A DNA stretch of 64,000 nucleotides, taken from assembly GCA_044341565.1 (NCBI GenBank), contig JBIIRM010000002.1:1812-65811 (forward strand), given 5' to 3'. This DNA is from Minisyncoccia bacterium (GTDB lineage: Bacteria; Patescibacteriota; Minisyncoccia; SW-4-49-11). The notes beneath the pieces are model-generated. The model saw only the letters and a program-made list of their open reading frames with translations. It was not told the DNA's origin and did no database searches. The translations under genes were made by a program, and so were the position numbers. Positions within the stretch are counted from its first letter, which is position 1. Every line of letters begins with the position of its first letter. Below are positions 19,351 to 29,095 of this stretch, one piece after another.

Positions 19351-20001
19351 ATGAATAAAAGTCAACTGCCTATCAATATGGATACAACTTTAATTATATT
19401 TCAAATTATTATTTTGATATTTGCGGTGATTATTCATGAGGTGTCACATGGAGTAATAGCTTTAGCCCTTGGAGACCCGACAGCAAAATTAGCAGGAAGA
19501 TTAACCCTCAACCCTATCCCTCATATTGATATATATGGTTCAATTATATTACCTCTATTGATGGGGATTGCCAGTAGTGGGGCTTTTATGTTTGGTTATG
19601 CTAAGCCAGTTCCATTTAATCCTTATTTATTAAGAGATCAAAAATGGGCGCCAGCTCTGGTTGCACTTGCGGGGCCAGGGTCAAATATATTATTAGCTTT
19701 AGGGCTTGGGGCATTGTATCGTATAGCGGGATTATTTATGGTAATTCCCCAAGAAGTAGCACAATTATTTGGTATTGCAGTAATTATTAATATTGTACTT
19801 GCGGTATTTAATTCTATTCCCATTCCTCCCCTTGATGGATCCAAAATGATTGCTCCACTACTTCCCTATAATATTATTAGGAGTAAAGCCTATGCCGTAT
19901 TAGAAGAACAAGGAATGTTTATTGTACTCATATTTGCTTTATTTGGTTTTGGACTGATTAGTCCTTTTATATTTAGGCTCACTAATTTAATTTTGGGTTA
20001 A
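19351..20001 (+). CDS. Site-2 protease family (peptidase M50) membrane metalloprotease
   Basis: HEVSHG (HExxH) within a TM helix, polytopic, PIPPLDGSK. Confidence 0.8.
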   Translation: MNKSQLPINMDTTLIIFQIIILIFAVIIHEVSHGVIALALGDPTAKLAGRLTLNPIPHIDIYGSIILPLLMGIASSGAFMFGYAKPVPFNPYLLRDQKWAPALVALAGPGSNILLALGLGALYRIAGLFMVIPQEVAQLFGIAVIINIVLAVFNSIPIPPLDGSKMIAPLLPYNIIRSKAYAVLEEQGMFIVLIFALFGFGLISPFIFRLTNLILG

Positions 20002-20002
20002 T

Positions 20003-20284
20003 ATGCAATATGTAAAACTTATTGTGTCAGGGCGAGTGCAAATGGTGAGATTTCGAGTCTTTGTAGTCAGTATCGCAAAAAAACTCAATATTATAGGTAC
20101 AGTAGAAAATCTTCCAGATGGGACGGTTCAAATTGAAGCCTGGGGGGAGTCAAAACAATTACAAGAGCTGATTAAGAGAGTTCATAAAGGATCTACTCTT
20201 TCACGCGTTGACAATGTGGCTGAGTTTTGGGATAATAAAGAGTATATTGTAGTCAGTTCACGAGAGTTTAGAATAATACACTGA
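20003..20284 (+). CDS. Acylphosphatase
   Basis: 93 aa. SGRVQMVRFRVFV (compare GRVQGVGFR) and GTVENLPDGTVQIEAWG. Confidence 0.75.
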   Translation: MQYVKLIVSGRVQMVRFRVFVVSIAKKLNIIGTVENLPDGTVQIEAWGESKQLQELIKRVHKGSTLSRVDNVAEFWDNKEYIVVSSREFRIIH

Positions 20285-20287
20285 AAT

Positions 20288-20740
20288 ATGCAGATACTTT
20301 TAAATCAAGATGTCCCATCAATAGGTAAAAAAGGAGATATTATCACCATATCAGAAGGGTATGGACGAAATTTCTTATTGCGTAAAAGATTGGGTATAAT
20401 ACCAACAGCTCAAGATATTGCTCGCAAAAACTCTCAAGTCAAGCAGTCAGAAGCAAATGAAAAAGCTCATCTAGAAGCTCTAAATAATCTCAAAAGCAAA
20501 TTAGAGAATTATTCATTAACTTTCATTGCCAAGACCAATTCAGAAGGACATTTGTTTGGGGCTATTAAAGAAAGTGATATTGTCTTAAAACTTAATACTG
20601 AATTTGGAGAATTATTCGAAAAGCAAATGATTCATATTGCAAGTCCCATTAAAGCAATAGGAAAATATACTATTGATATTCATCTCACCCACATTATAAA
20701 AACTAAGCTAGAACTGTATGTCAATTCGGAAAACGAGTAA
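20288..20740 (+). CDS. rplI: 50S ribosomal protein L9
   Basis: MQILLNQDVPSIGKKGDIITISEGYGRNFLL N-terminal domain. Confidence 0.9.
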   Translation: MQILLNQDVPSIGKKGDIITISEGYGRNFLLRKRLGIIPTAQDIARKNSQVKQSEANEKAHLEALNNLKSKLENYSLTFIAKTNSEGHLFGAIKESDIVLKLNTEFGELFEKQMIHIASPIKAIGKYTIDIHLTHIIKTKLELYVNSENE

Positions 20741-22376
20741 AGCAAAAAAATCAAATCCTAAATATATTTTTGTAGTTGGGGGTGTAATGTCAGGAGTGGG
20801 TAAGGGGATTACCACCTCATCAATGGCTTTAATTCTCCAATCTCGTGGCTTCAATGTGACAGCTGTCAAAATTGATCCTTATGTCAATGTAGATGCGGGG
20901 ACTATGAATCCATTGGAGCATGGGGAGACTTTTGTACTTGCTGATGGCCTTGAATGTGATCAGGATATGGGGAATTATGAGAGATTTCTTGATACTAAAT
21001 TGACACGAACTAATTATATGACTACAGGTTCTGTGTATCAATCAGTGATAGAGCAGGAGCGGGCACTTAAATTTGAAGGAAAATGTGTAAGTGTAGTGCC
21101 ACATATCCCGAATGAGGTAACAAGTCGCATTAAACAAGCTCAGAAAACACATGATGCCGATATTACTATTATTGAAATTGGAGGGACCGCAGGTGAATAT
21201 GAGAATTTATTATTCTTAGAATCAGCGAGATTACTTAAATTAGAAAACCCACAAGATGTATTATTTGTATTGGTAAGTTATCTTCCTATTCCAAGTAAAA
21301 TTGGTGAGATGAAAACGAAACCAACTCAGCATGCCTCAAGACTACTTAATAGTGCTGGGATACAAGCAGATATGATTGTAGCTCGTTCTAGTCACCCCCT
21401 TGATGATATACGAAAACAAAAATTATCTATTATGTGTAATGTCTCAGCAGATGATGTTATCTCAGCTCCTGATGTAGATAGTATTTATCATGTGCCAATT
21501 AATTTTGAATATGATAATCTTTCAACCAAATTATTAAAAAAATTAGATTTACGACCTCGTAAAAGAGATTTGAAAGAATGGACTAGCTTTACCCAAAAAA
21601 TTGATACTGCAAATAAGGAAATTAAAATTGGTATTGTAGGGAAATATTTTAATAGTGGAAATTTTGTATTAAGTGATGCCTATATATCAGTAATTGAGGC
21701 AATTAAGCATGCGAGTTTTTCTTCTCGCCTCAAGCCAGTAATTGATTGGATAGATAGCTCTGAATTTGAAAATGATTCTAAAAAAGTTTCAAGACTCAAA
21801 CAATATGATGGAATTATTATTCCAGGAGGATTTGGTGAGCGAGGAGTAGAGGGAAAATTAAAAGCGATACAATATGCCCGTGAGAATAAAATCCCATATT
21901 TGGGACTATGTTATGGTATGCAACTCGCCGTAGTAGAATTTGCTCGTAATGTGGCTAAGATTAAAGGTGCTCATACAGCAGAAATAGATCCTAAAACTCC
22001 AAATCTAGTAATTGATATTATGGAGGGGCAGGATACTAATTTGGAACAAGAAGCAATGGGAGCAACTATGAGATTAGGAGAATATCTTTGTGATATAACC
22101 CCTAAAACTCTTACACGTAAATTATATAATACTGCTCAAGTTCAGGAGAGACATCGTCATCGCTATGAAGTAAATAATCAATATCGGGAAGAATTAGAAA
22201 AAGCTGGACTTACTATTGCAGGAGTTAATACAGAGAATAATTTAGTAGAAATTATTGAACTTGCCAGTCACCCATTCTTTATAGGGACACAATTTCATCC
22301 TGAACTTATTTCTCATCCTCTTGACCCACATCCATTATTCAAGGGTTTTGTAAAAGCTTGTCAAAAAAGTAAATAG
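20718..22376 (+). CDS. pyrG: CTP synthase
   Basis: KYIFVVGGVMSGVGKGI, and a GATase domain with GLCYGMQL and HRHRYEVN. Confidence 0.95.
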   Translation: MSIRKTSKAKKSNPKYIFVVGGVMSGVGKGITTSSMALILQSRGFNVTAVKIDPYVNVDAGTMNPLEHGETFVLADGLECDQDMGNYERFLDTKLTRTNYMTTGSVYQSVIEQERALKFEGKCVSVVPHIPNEVTSRIKQAQKTHDADITIIEIGGTAGEYENLLFLESARLLKLENPQDVLFVLVSYLPIPSKIGEMKTKPTQHASRLLNSAGIQADMIVARSSHPLDDIRKQKLSIMCNVSADDVISAPDVDSIYHVPINFEYDNLSTKLLKKLDLRPRKRDLKEWTSFTQKIDTANKEIKIGIVGKYFNSGNFVLSDAYISVIEAIKHASFSSRLKPVIDWIDSSEFENDSKKVSRLKQYDGIIIPGGFGERGVEGKLKAIQYARENKIPYLGLCYGMQLAVVEFARNVAKIKGAHTAEIDPKTPNLVIDIMEGQDTNLEQEAMGATMRLGEYLCDITPKTLTRKLYNTAQVQERHRHRYEVNNQYREELEKAGLTIAGVNTENNLVEIIELASHPFFIGTQFHPELISHPLDPHPLFKGFVKACQKSK

Positions 22377-22381
22377 ACATA

Positions 22382-22410
22382 TTGACAATTATTGATTCAT
22401 ATGCTATTAT
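22382..22410 (+). promoter_or_regulatory. Sigma70-type extended -10 promoter for rpsP
   Basis: TTGACA (22382-22387), 17-nt spacer ending in ATGC, TATTAT (22405-22410). Confidence 0.55.
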
Positions 22411-22447
22411 ATTTATAAGAATTGTATAAATTATCATATTTTAACTT

Positions 22448-22729
22448 ATGTTACGAATTCGATTGTCCCGAGTAGGGAAGAAAAATACTCCTATTTATAA
22501 AGTGGTTGTTGCAGAAAAAAGCCGTCCTGTAAAAGGAAAATTTATTGAATCTCTTGGGGTATATAATCCAGGGAATAAAGATCAAGCTCTTAATGCAGAA
22601 CGAATTAAGTATTGGATTTCAGTTGGAGCTCAGCCTTCACAAACAGTACATAATCTTTTGATACGACATAATATCATAGAAGCTACAAAAATCCCTGTAA
22701 CACGATTCAAAGCTAGTGAGTCAAAATAA
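22448..22729 (+). CDS. rpsP: 30S ribosomal protein S16
   Basis: MLRIRLSRVGKKNTPIYKVVVAE...LGVYNP. Confidence 0.95.
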   Translation: MLRIRLSRVGKKNTPIYKVVVAEKSRPVKGKFIESLGVYNPGNKDQALNAERIKYWISVGAQPSQTVHNLLIRHNIIEATKIPVTRFKASESK

Positions 22730-22738
22730 ATTTATATA

Positions 22739-22787
22739 TAGATTTTACTAATCAGGAGTAAAAAGGGTTCGATTCCCTCAAATCTAC
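22739..22787 (+). other. tRNA-like acceptor/T-arm minihelix (about 49 nt, no D arm), followed by a T-run
   Basis: TAGATTT (22739-22745) pairs with AAATCTA (22780-22786). An exact T-arm consensus (A)GGG-TTCGATT-CCC(T) lies at 22764-22778. An internal hairpin TACT-AATCAGG-AGTA is present. CATTTTTT follows. Confidence 0.4.
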
Positions 22788-22891
22788 ATTTTTTAGAGAA
22801 AATTACATTGCTGTTTGCATATCTTATTTTATATTACAGGCAGAATAGCTATAGATAATCTCAAAGAAAATAATAATATTAATCGCATTAT

Positions 22892-24658
22892 ATGCAATCA
22901 AAACGACCGTACAATAATAATTTACAGAATAAGAATAACCGTTCTCGATCTCAAGGAAAAAGTTTTGCTCAAAAAAGAACTATTCCTGAAACCTCACGCC
23001 AAGCTCTCAAGATAATTCCTTTGGGAGGCCTTGATGGTGTTGGCAAGAATATGTATATATTTGAACAAGAGAATGATATTCTGATTGTCGATATGGGGCT
23101 TCAAATGCCCGGTGCTAATCAACCAGGAATTGATTATATTATCCCCAATACACAATATTTGATGGATAATAGCTCCAAAATAAAGGGAGTAGTATTAACT
23201 TCACCACATCCCGATCATATTGGGGCTGTTCCATATCTTTTACATTTATTCCCTAATTTGCATATTTATGCAACCGAGGCTTTATTTGCAATATTGGAGT
23301 CTAGGCAAGATTTTTATTCTCAAGGGGTAAAATACAAAAAACATATTATTAAACCCTATAATTCTATACGAGTAGGATCCTTTAAAGTGAATGTTTTCCC
23401 AACTCCATTTAATGTTATGGGTTCAATAGGATTATGTGTGTATACTATGCAAGGAAAGGTATTTTATCTCTCTAGCTATAAATTGGATAGTGAATCTACA
23501 GAAAAAAATGAATTTCTCGATTATATAAAGGAATTAGCTGGAGCTGATACATTTGCTCTTTTATCAGGTAGTTCAGCTACAGAATCACAGGGATTTGCAC
23601 CGACAGAAGCATCTATTGCAGAACATATTGATTCGGTTATAGCTCGCAAGACAGGTGCTGTATTTGTGTCTACATTCCCCTCTATGATTGGGCGCATGCA
23701 ACAAATTGTCAATGCAATAGAAGCTCATAACAAGCATTTATTCATTGAAGGAAAAAGTTTACTTAATACTTTTAATACATGTCGCAAAAAGGGGCTTATT
23801 CAAATAAAATCAGGTACTATAGTAGGGCCTAGTTTACTCGGGGATACTCCAAGAGAGCAATTAGTAGTATTAATATCTGGTTCTCATGGAGATGATATTC
23901 CTCATTTGATGAGACTGGCTAATAATGAGCATAGTGTATTCTCAATTAAAGAAGGGGATATTGTTATGTATCCTGGGGCTTTAATTCCTGGAAATGCCCG
24001 TTCAGCAGCTCGAGTAAATGATAATTTTGCTAAATTAGGAGCTTTTGTAGAATATTATCAGCCATTAGATACACGATTTGGGGCTTATGGAAGACATGAA
24101 GATAGTCTAGCTGTATTAAAAGCAATTCGTCCTAAATATTATGTACCTATTAGTGGATCACATCATTTGTTGAGGTCTAATGGAGATATTGCCATTGAAG
24201 GTGGGTATCCAGATCGCAATGTTGTAGTTGGTATGAATGGAAAAGTTATTCTATTTGATTATAAACAAAGACGTATTACTCCGGAAAAAGTTCCTACTTC
24301 CAATGTAATTGTAGATGGGCTTGGAGTTGGTGATTTAACCAATGTAGTTATACATGATAGGCAAACAATGTCAGAAGAGGGTATATTCCATATTGTAGCC
24401 CTACTGAATGCAGATACTCGAGAAATATCAGGAGATATTGTGGTAGTATCAAAAGGATTTGTAGATAATGAATCTTCAGATAAATTATTTAATGAAGTAA
24501 AAGAACAAACAAGATTAATTGTATTAGCTCTTTTGAAACAATCTGATGAAGTAAATATTGCCTATATACAAGATCAAGTAAGAGAGAATATTGGTCGCTT
24601 ATTACTTACGAAAACGGAAAGAAGACCAATGATTTTACCAATAATAATGAATATTTAA
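22892..24658 (+). CDS. Ribonuclease J paralog with degenerate metal-binding motif and basic N-terminal extension
   Basis: 588 aa beta-CASP/metallo-beta-lactamase architecture collinear with the next gene. Motif 2 reads SPHPDH rather than HxHxDH. Confidence 0.8.
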   Translation: MQSKRPYNNNLQNKNNRSRSQGKSFAQKRTIPETSRQALKIIPLGGLDGVGKNMYIFEQENDILIVDMGLQMPGANQPGIDYIIPNTQYLMDNSSKIKGVVLTSPHPDHIGAVPYLLHLFPNLHIYATEALFAILESRQDFYSQGVKYKKHIIKPYNSIRVGSFKVNVFPTPFNVMGSIGLCVYTMQGKVFYLSSYKLDSESTEKNEFLDYIKELAGADTFALLSGSSATESQGFAPTEASIAEHIDSVIARKTGAVFVSTFPSMIGRMQQIVNAIEAHNKHLFIEGKSLLNTFNTCRKKGLIQIKSGTIVGPSLLGDTPREQLVVLISGSHGDDIPHLMRLANNEHSVFSIKEGDIVMYPGALIPGNARSAARVNDNFAKLGAFVEYYQPLDTRFGAYGRHEDSLAVLKAIRPKYYVPISGSHHLLRSNGDIAIEGGYPDRNVVVGMNGKVILFDYKQRRITPEKVPTSNVIVDGLGVGDLTNVVIHDRQTMSEEGIFHIVALLNADTREISGDIVVVSKGFVDNESSDKLFNEVKEQTRLIVLALLKQSDEVNIAYIQDQVRENIGRLLLTKTERRPMILPIIMNI

Positions 24659-24659
24659 T

Positions 24660-26435
24660 ATGAAATCGTATCAACACTCTGAAATTAAGAGAGGAACAAC
24701 TTTTGTGACAGATTTAAGTCATAAAAGTAATGACTATCTTAATGCAAAAGAACCATTTAAGACTAAAGATAATCTTTTGAAAATTATTCCACTGGGTGGA
24801 TCAGAAGAAATTGGAGGTCGTAATATGACGGTAATAGAATATGGAAAAGATATTCTCGTCATTGATATTGGGATGAAATTCCCAGAAGAAGATCAACCAG
24901 GAGTTGATTATATTATCCCCAATCCCAGTTATCTTAAGGGGAAAGAGGATAATATTCGAGCTGTACTAATTACGCATGGACATATGGATCATATTGGAGG
25001 AGTATCTCAGGTTATGTCTATGATTGGTAATCCTCCTATATATGCACCTGCCCTACCTCTTGCTATGATGCAAAGACGACAAAGTGAATTCACTACCGTG
25101 CCTCCATTAAATGGAAAAGTAGCTAAATTAAATGAAAAGCTTAAATTTGGAGTATTTACTGTAACCTTTCTTCATATTAATCACAGTATTCCAGATTCAA
25201 CTATGATTAAGATTGAAACTCCAGAAGGAGTTATTCTGCATACGGGAGATTTCAAAATAGATGCTACTCCTATTGGAGAAGAGCCAGCTAATTTGGAAAT
25301 GTATCGCAAAATTGGTGATGAGGGAGTATTGGTATTATTATCTGATAGTACTAGTGCTTCTCGTCCCGGAAGAGTAACTTCTGAGATGACAATTCAAAAT
25401 AATATTGATCATATTTTTGAGAATGCTACCGGTAAAATTATTGTTACTACATTTTCTAGTACACTCAATCGTATACAACAAATGATTCATTTATCTGAAA
25501 AATATAATCGTAAAGTTGTAATTGAAGGATTTAGTATGAAAACGAATGTTCAAATTCTCCATGAAATTGGATATGCACATTTTTCTCCTCAAACTGTTAT
25601 TAGTGCACAAGAGGCTCGTAATATTCCTCCAGAAAACCTTACTATTATTTGTACAGGAGCTCAGGGAGATGAACGCTCAGCCCTAACCCGTATGGCTAAT
25701 CGTGAGCATCGGAATTTCCATATTGAAAAGGGAGATACCGTAGTATTCTCATCTTCTGTAGTTCCAGGTAATGAGGAGTCAGTACAAAAGGTGAAAGATG
25801 CTATTGCTCGCCAAAGAGCTCATATTATTCATTATAAAATGATGGAAGTTCATGTTTCCGGACATGCACAAAGAGATGATTTAAAACAATTATTAGATTT
25901 AATTCGTCCTAAATATTTACAGCCAATTTATGGAGATTTTTATTCTCTCAAATCTCATCGTGATTTAGCTCTAGAAGTTGGTATGAAAAAAGATAATATC
26001 TTACTTACTGATAATGGAAGAATTATAGAAATATATAAGGGTGAAGCCCGTGTAACTACTGAGAAAGTTAATGCTAGCACTATGATGGTGGATGGACTCG
26101 GAGTAGGGGATTTAAAAGAAATTGTAATCCGAGATAGACAATCTTTGGCTCAAGATGGTATTGTAACGGTAGTAGCTTTAGTTGATTTCAAAAAGGGAAA
26201 GCTTATTCGTGAACCAGAAATTATTTCTAAGGGATTTGTACATATACAAACATCTACCAAATTAATACAATCTATACAAGCTCGAGTACAAGAGCATATT
26301 GAGAAGAAATTGTCTCATGGAGAAGATCAAAGTATTGAATATATTCAACAATCAATTCGTGAAGATTTAGGTCTATTCTTATTCAGAACTACCCATAGAA
26401 GACCAATGATTATACCGGTTATTATTGAAATATAA
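24660..26435 (+). CDS. rnj: Ribonuclease J
   Basis: 591 aa. LKIIPLGGSEEIGGRNM, canonical THGHMDHIGG, beta-CASP and C-terminal domains. Confidence 0.9.
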   Translation: MKSYQHSEIKRGTTFVTDLSHKSNDYLNAKEPFKTKDNLLKIIPLGGSEEIGGRNMTVIEYGKDILVIDIGMKFPEEDQPGVDYIIPNPSYLKGKEDNIRAVLITHGHMDHIGGVSQVMSMIGNPPIYAPALPLAMMQRRQSEFTTVPPLNGKVAKLNEKLKFGVFTVTFLHINHSIPDSTMIKIETPEGVILHTGDFKIDATPIGEEPANLEMYRKIGDEGVLVLLSDSTSASRPGRVTSEMTIQNNIDHIFENATGKIIVTTFSSTLNRIQQMIHLSEKYNRKVVIEGFSMKTNVQILHEIGYAHFSPQTVISAQEARNIPPENLTIICTGAQGDERSALTRMANREHRNFHIEKGDTVVFSSSVVPGNEESVQKVKDAIARQRAHIIHYKMMEVHVSGHAQRDDLKQLLDLIRPKYLQPIYGDFYSLKSHRDLALEVGMKKDNILLTDNGRIIEIYKGEARVTTEKVNASTMMVDGLGVGDLKEIVIRDRQSLAQDGIVTVVALVDFKKGKLIREPEIISKGFVHIQTSTKLIQSIQARVQEHIEKKLSHGEDQSIEYIQQSIREDLGLFLFRTTHRRPMIIPVIIEI

Positions 26436-26438
26436 TAC

Positions 26439-27158
26439 ATGAGCCCGATTCATAATAGTTTCGCGTATCTGATTAAACAAATAGATTTACCTGATACTGA
26501 TAGATTGGGAGTATTTTATACCAAGGAGTATGGAAAACAAACCTTATTATTAAAGGGAATCAAAAAATCTACATCAAAATTACAATATCGATTATATGAT
26601 TGGGGAAAATCAGATATTGAATTTATTGTGGGAAGAAATATATCCAGGCTTATTGCCATTAGGGATATTGATTCACATACGGATATATATAAAAGTATAG
26701 AAGGGGCTGCCCTTATGGGACTTATATTTGAATTATTAGATCAATTAACAGATGATAATCATAGGGATATTGGGGTATTTGAATGTATAGAAGACTATAT
26801 TGATTTAGTTAGACATCATTATACGAAACCTCAATTATTAGTAGGGTGGCTATTAATACGATTATTATATATGCTTGGATATGGAATGAATTTATCTCAT
26901 TGTGTTATTACAGGTAATACTAAGGCTAAAGATTTTGGTATTAGTGTGAGGTCGGGAGGGCTTGTAATATCCCAGTTAGCTGCAGATATAGATGATTATA
27001 TTGAAGTGAATACCGAATTGATTTATACTTTGCGTCAATGGCAAAAAGGTATTTGGTTAGAAATTGAAGATTTTCCTTGGAGTATTGTTCAATATCATTT
27101 ACAATGGTATAAACTTAAAAGTAATTCTTTAGCTATAATTCGTAAAAGTGTGATATAA
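26439..27158 (+). CDS. recO: DNA repair protein RecO
   Basis: 239 aa with an N-terminal OB-fold-like region; position after the RNase J genes. Family call rests on overall pattern only. Confidence 0.65.
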   Translation: MSPIHNSFAYLIKQIDLPDTDRLGVFYTKEYGKQTLLLKGIKKSTSKLQYRLYDWGKSDIEFIVGRNISRLIAIRDIDSHTDIYKSIEGAALMGLIFELLDQLTDDNHRDIGVFECIEDYIDLVRHHYTKPQLLVGWLLIRLLYMLGYGMNLSHCVITGNTKAKDFGISVRSGGLVISQLAADIDDYIEVNTELIYTLRQWQKGIWLEIEDFPWSIVQYHLQWYKLKSNSLAIIRKSVI

Positions 27159-27183
27159 TAAATTATATATTGCTAAAAATACT

Positions 27184-29088
27184 ATGGCATTAAAAGATAT
27201 AGAAAAACAAATTTATCAAAAAGAAGATCGTGAAGTCTTAGATCAGGAGCGTACGCAGCATACACCATATAGTGTATATGCTAAACATGATGAGGCTCAG
27301 GCTCCATCACTGACTTCTTTTGAGACTGCAGATCAAACATTTGTTCAAAAACATAAGAAGAAAATTACTTTATGGAGCTTGATTGCTTTAACAGTATTTG
27401 TGGTAATAGGAATAGCTGGTTTTATATATGCCCTTAATCAGCAAAGATTTTCTGATAAAAGAGTAGTATTAGAGGTAAAGGGAGAATCTCAAGTAAGTGC
27501 CGGTGAAGAGCTTAGCTATACACTTACATATCGTAATGATAACCTTGTAGCTTTAGAGAATGCTGAGATTACGGTGGAATTACCAAAGGCCCTAACAGAT
27601 TCTTCCCTGAATATTCTTGGACAAGAAAAATCAGAAATACGTGAATATTCCTTAGGAGAATTAGCTCCACGTTCCAAAGGAGAAATCACCATAAAAGGAC
27701 GATTAATAGGGGAACAGGGAAATATACAGACTATTAAAGCAACATTAAATTATAAACCAAGTATTTTAAGCTCAAGTTTTGATACTAAAACTGAATTTGC
27801 AACTACCATAGCAGATAGCCCTGTCATTATTGATATACAATCTCCTCTCGAAAGTGTAAGTGGGGATACAGTTAATTATGTAGTAACGGTTAATAATAAG
27901 GGATCAAGTGATTTAAAGGATTTAGAATTGCGTTTAGAATATCCTGATACTTTTGCTTTTGTTTCGTCTAATATACCAGCTACGGGAAATGAGCAAAATA
28001 CCTTTACTATATCCAACTTAAAAGCAAAAGGAGCTTTTAGCGTAACTGTTAGCGGTAATCTTGGAGGTACTGATCAAGAAATTAAAATTCTAAAAGCCCA
28101 AATTGGAGAAAATAAACAAGGAGCATTTACTTTGTATGCAAGTAGTCAGAATTCAACTAAATTAGGCTCTCCTTATGTGAGTGTGGTACAAAAAGTAAGC
28201 CCTGCCTCAGGAATAGTGTCGGCAGGTGAAACTCTAGAGTATACTGTCAGTATTCGAAATAATACGCAAGTGAGAATAGGGGAGGGATTATTAAAAGTCA
28301 AACTGGATAGTAATTTATTGGACATAACTAAATTAAGAGCTTTAGGAGCTGATTTTGATGCGGGTAGTAATACCATTATTTGGCGAGCCAATGCATTACC
28401 TCAACTTAAGACATTTGCCCCAAATGAAGAGGGGACGGTTACTTTTTCTGTACCAGTAAAGCGTATTATTCCTATTGATGATTTTCAAGATATTAATTAT
28501 GTTATTAAAACACAGGCTACATTTGAAAGTGATGAAGTTCCTACAACTCTTGGAGTTAATAAAATTATTCAAGGGAATGCTAGTGAAGTAAAATTAGCTA
28601 CACGTCTTATTTCAAAATCAAATATATATTATAAAAATTCAGCAAGTTCTATTATTAATAATGGCCCTATTCCATTGAAATTAGCTCAAACTACAACATT
28701 TACGGTGAATTGGGAAATACAAAATTTGAGTAATGATGTCTCTGGTGTAGTATTAAAGGCTACATTACCAGCTAATGTTACTTGGACGGGACAGAGTACA
28801 AATAATGGTATTGGAAAATTAAGTTATAATGATAAAACCAAAGAAATTGTTTGGGATATTGGTAATGTACCCGCTAATACAGGATTATTAAGGCCTCTTT
28901 ATAGAGCGGTATTCCAGATTGCAATTAATCCTACTCCAAATCAATTAGGACAAGAGCCAAGTTTATTGAGTAAAGTAAATTATACGGGAAAAGATGTATT
29001 TACAGGAATTGATTTGTCTGGTAACATAGATATTCCAACTAGTAATCAAGTTACTGATGTAAAAGGTCAGCTTACTGTAGAGAATTAA
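27184..29088 (+). CDS. Membrane-anchored surface protein with repeated DUF11/CARDB-like Ig-fold domains
   Basis: One TM helix (ITLWSLIALTVFVVIGIAGFIYAL). Recurrent (V)S(A)G(E/D)xLxYT(L/V)...N(N/D) modules, e.g. VSAGEELSYTLTYRNDN, VSGDTVNYVVTVNNKG, VSAGETLEYTVSIRNNT. Confidence 0.55.
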   Translation: MALKDIEKQIYQKEDREVLDQERTQHTPYSVYAKHDEAQAPSLTSFETADQTFVQKHKKKITLWSLIALTVFVVIGIAGFIYALNQQRFSDKRVVLEVKGESQVSAGEELSYTLTYRNDNLVALENAEITVELPKALTDSSLNILGQEKSEIREYSLGELAPRSKGEITIKGRLIGEQGNIQTIKATLNYKPSILSSSFDTKTEFATTIADSPVIIDIQSPLESVSGDTVNYVVTVNNKGSSDLKDLELRLEYPDTFAFVSSNIPATGNEQNTFTISNLKAKGAFSVTVSGNLGGTDQEIKILKAQIGENKQGAFTLYASSQNSTKLGSPYVSVVQKVSPASGIVSAGETLEYTVSIRNNTQVRIGEGLLKVKLDSNLLDITKLRALGADFDAGSNTIIWRANALPQLKTFAPNEEGTVTFSVPVKRIIPIDDFQDINYVIKTQATFESDEVPTTLGVNKIIQGNASEVKLATRLISKSNIYYKNSASSIINNGPIPLKLAQTTTFTVNWEIQNLSNDVSGVVLKATLPANVTWTGQSTNNGIGKLSYNDKTKEIVWDIGNVPANTGLLRPLYRAVFQIAINPTPNQLGQEPSLLSKVNYTGKDVFTGIDLSGNIDIPTSNQVTDVKGQLTVEN

Positions 29089-29095
29089 ACAGTTT

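Noticed and set aside
22739-22787. A functional D-arm-less tRNA with anticodon UCA (opal suppressor or Sec-like), read from the AATCAGG loop.
   Set aside because: It is only ~49 nt, with no D arm, no U33, only a 4-bp anticodon stem and a mismatched T-stem closing pair. It is reported as a tRNA-like element or relic, not as a tRNA gene.
22815-23015. 66-aa ORF upstream of and overlapping the first RNase J gene.
   Set aside because: It overlaps the RNase J start in another frame and has no recognisable features. The region is better explained as the promoter and leader of RNase J.
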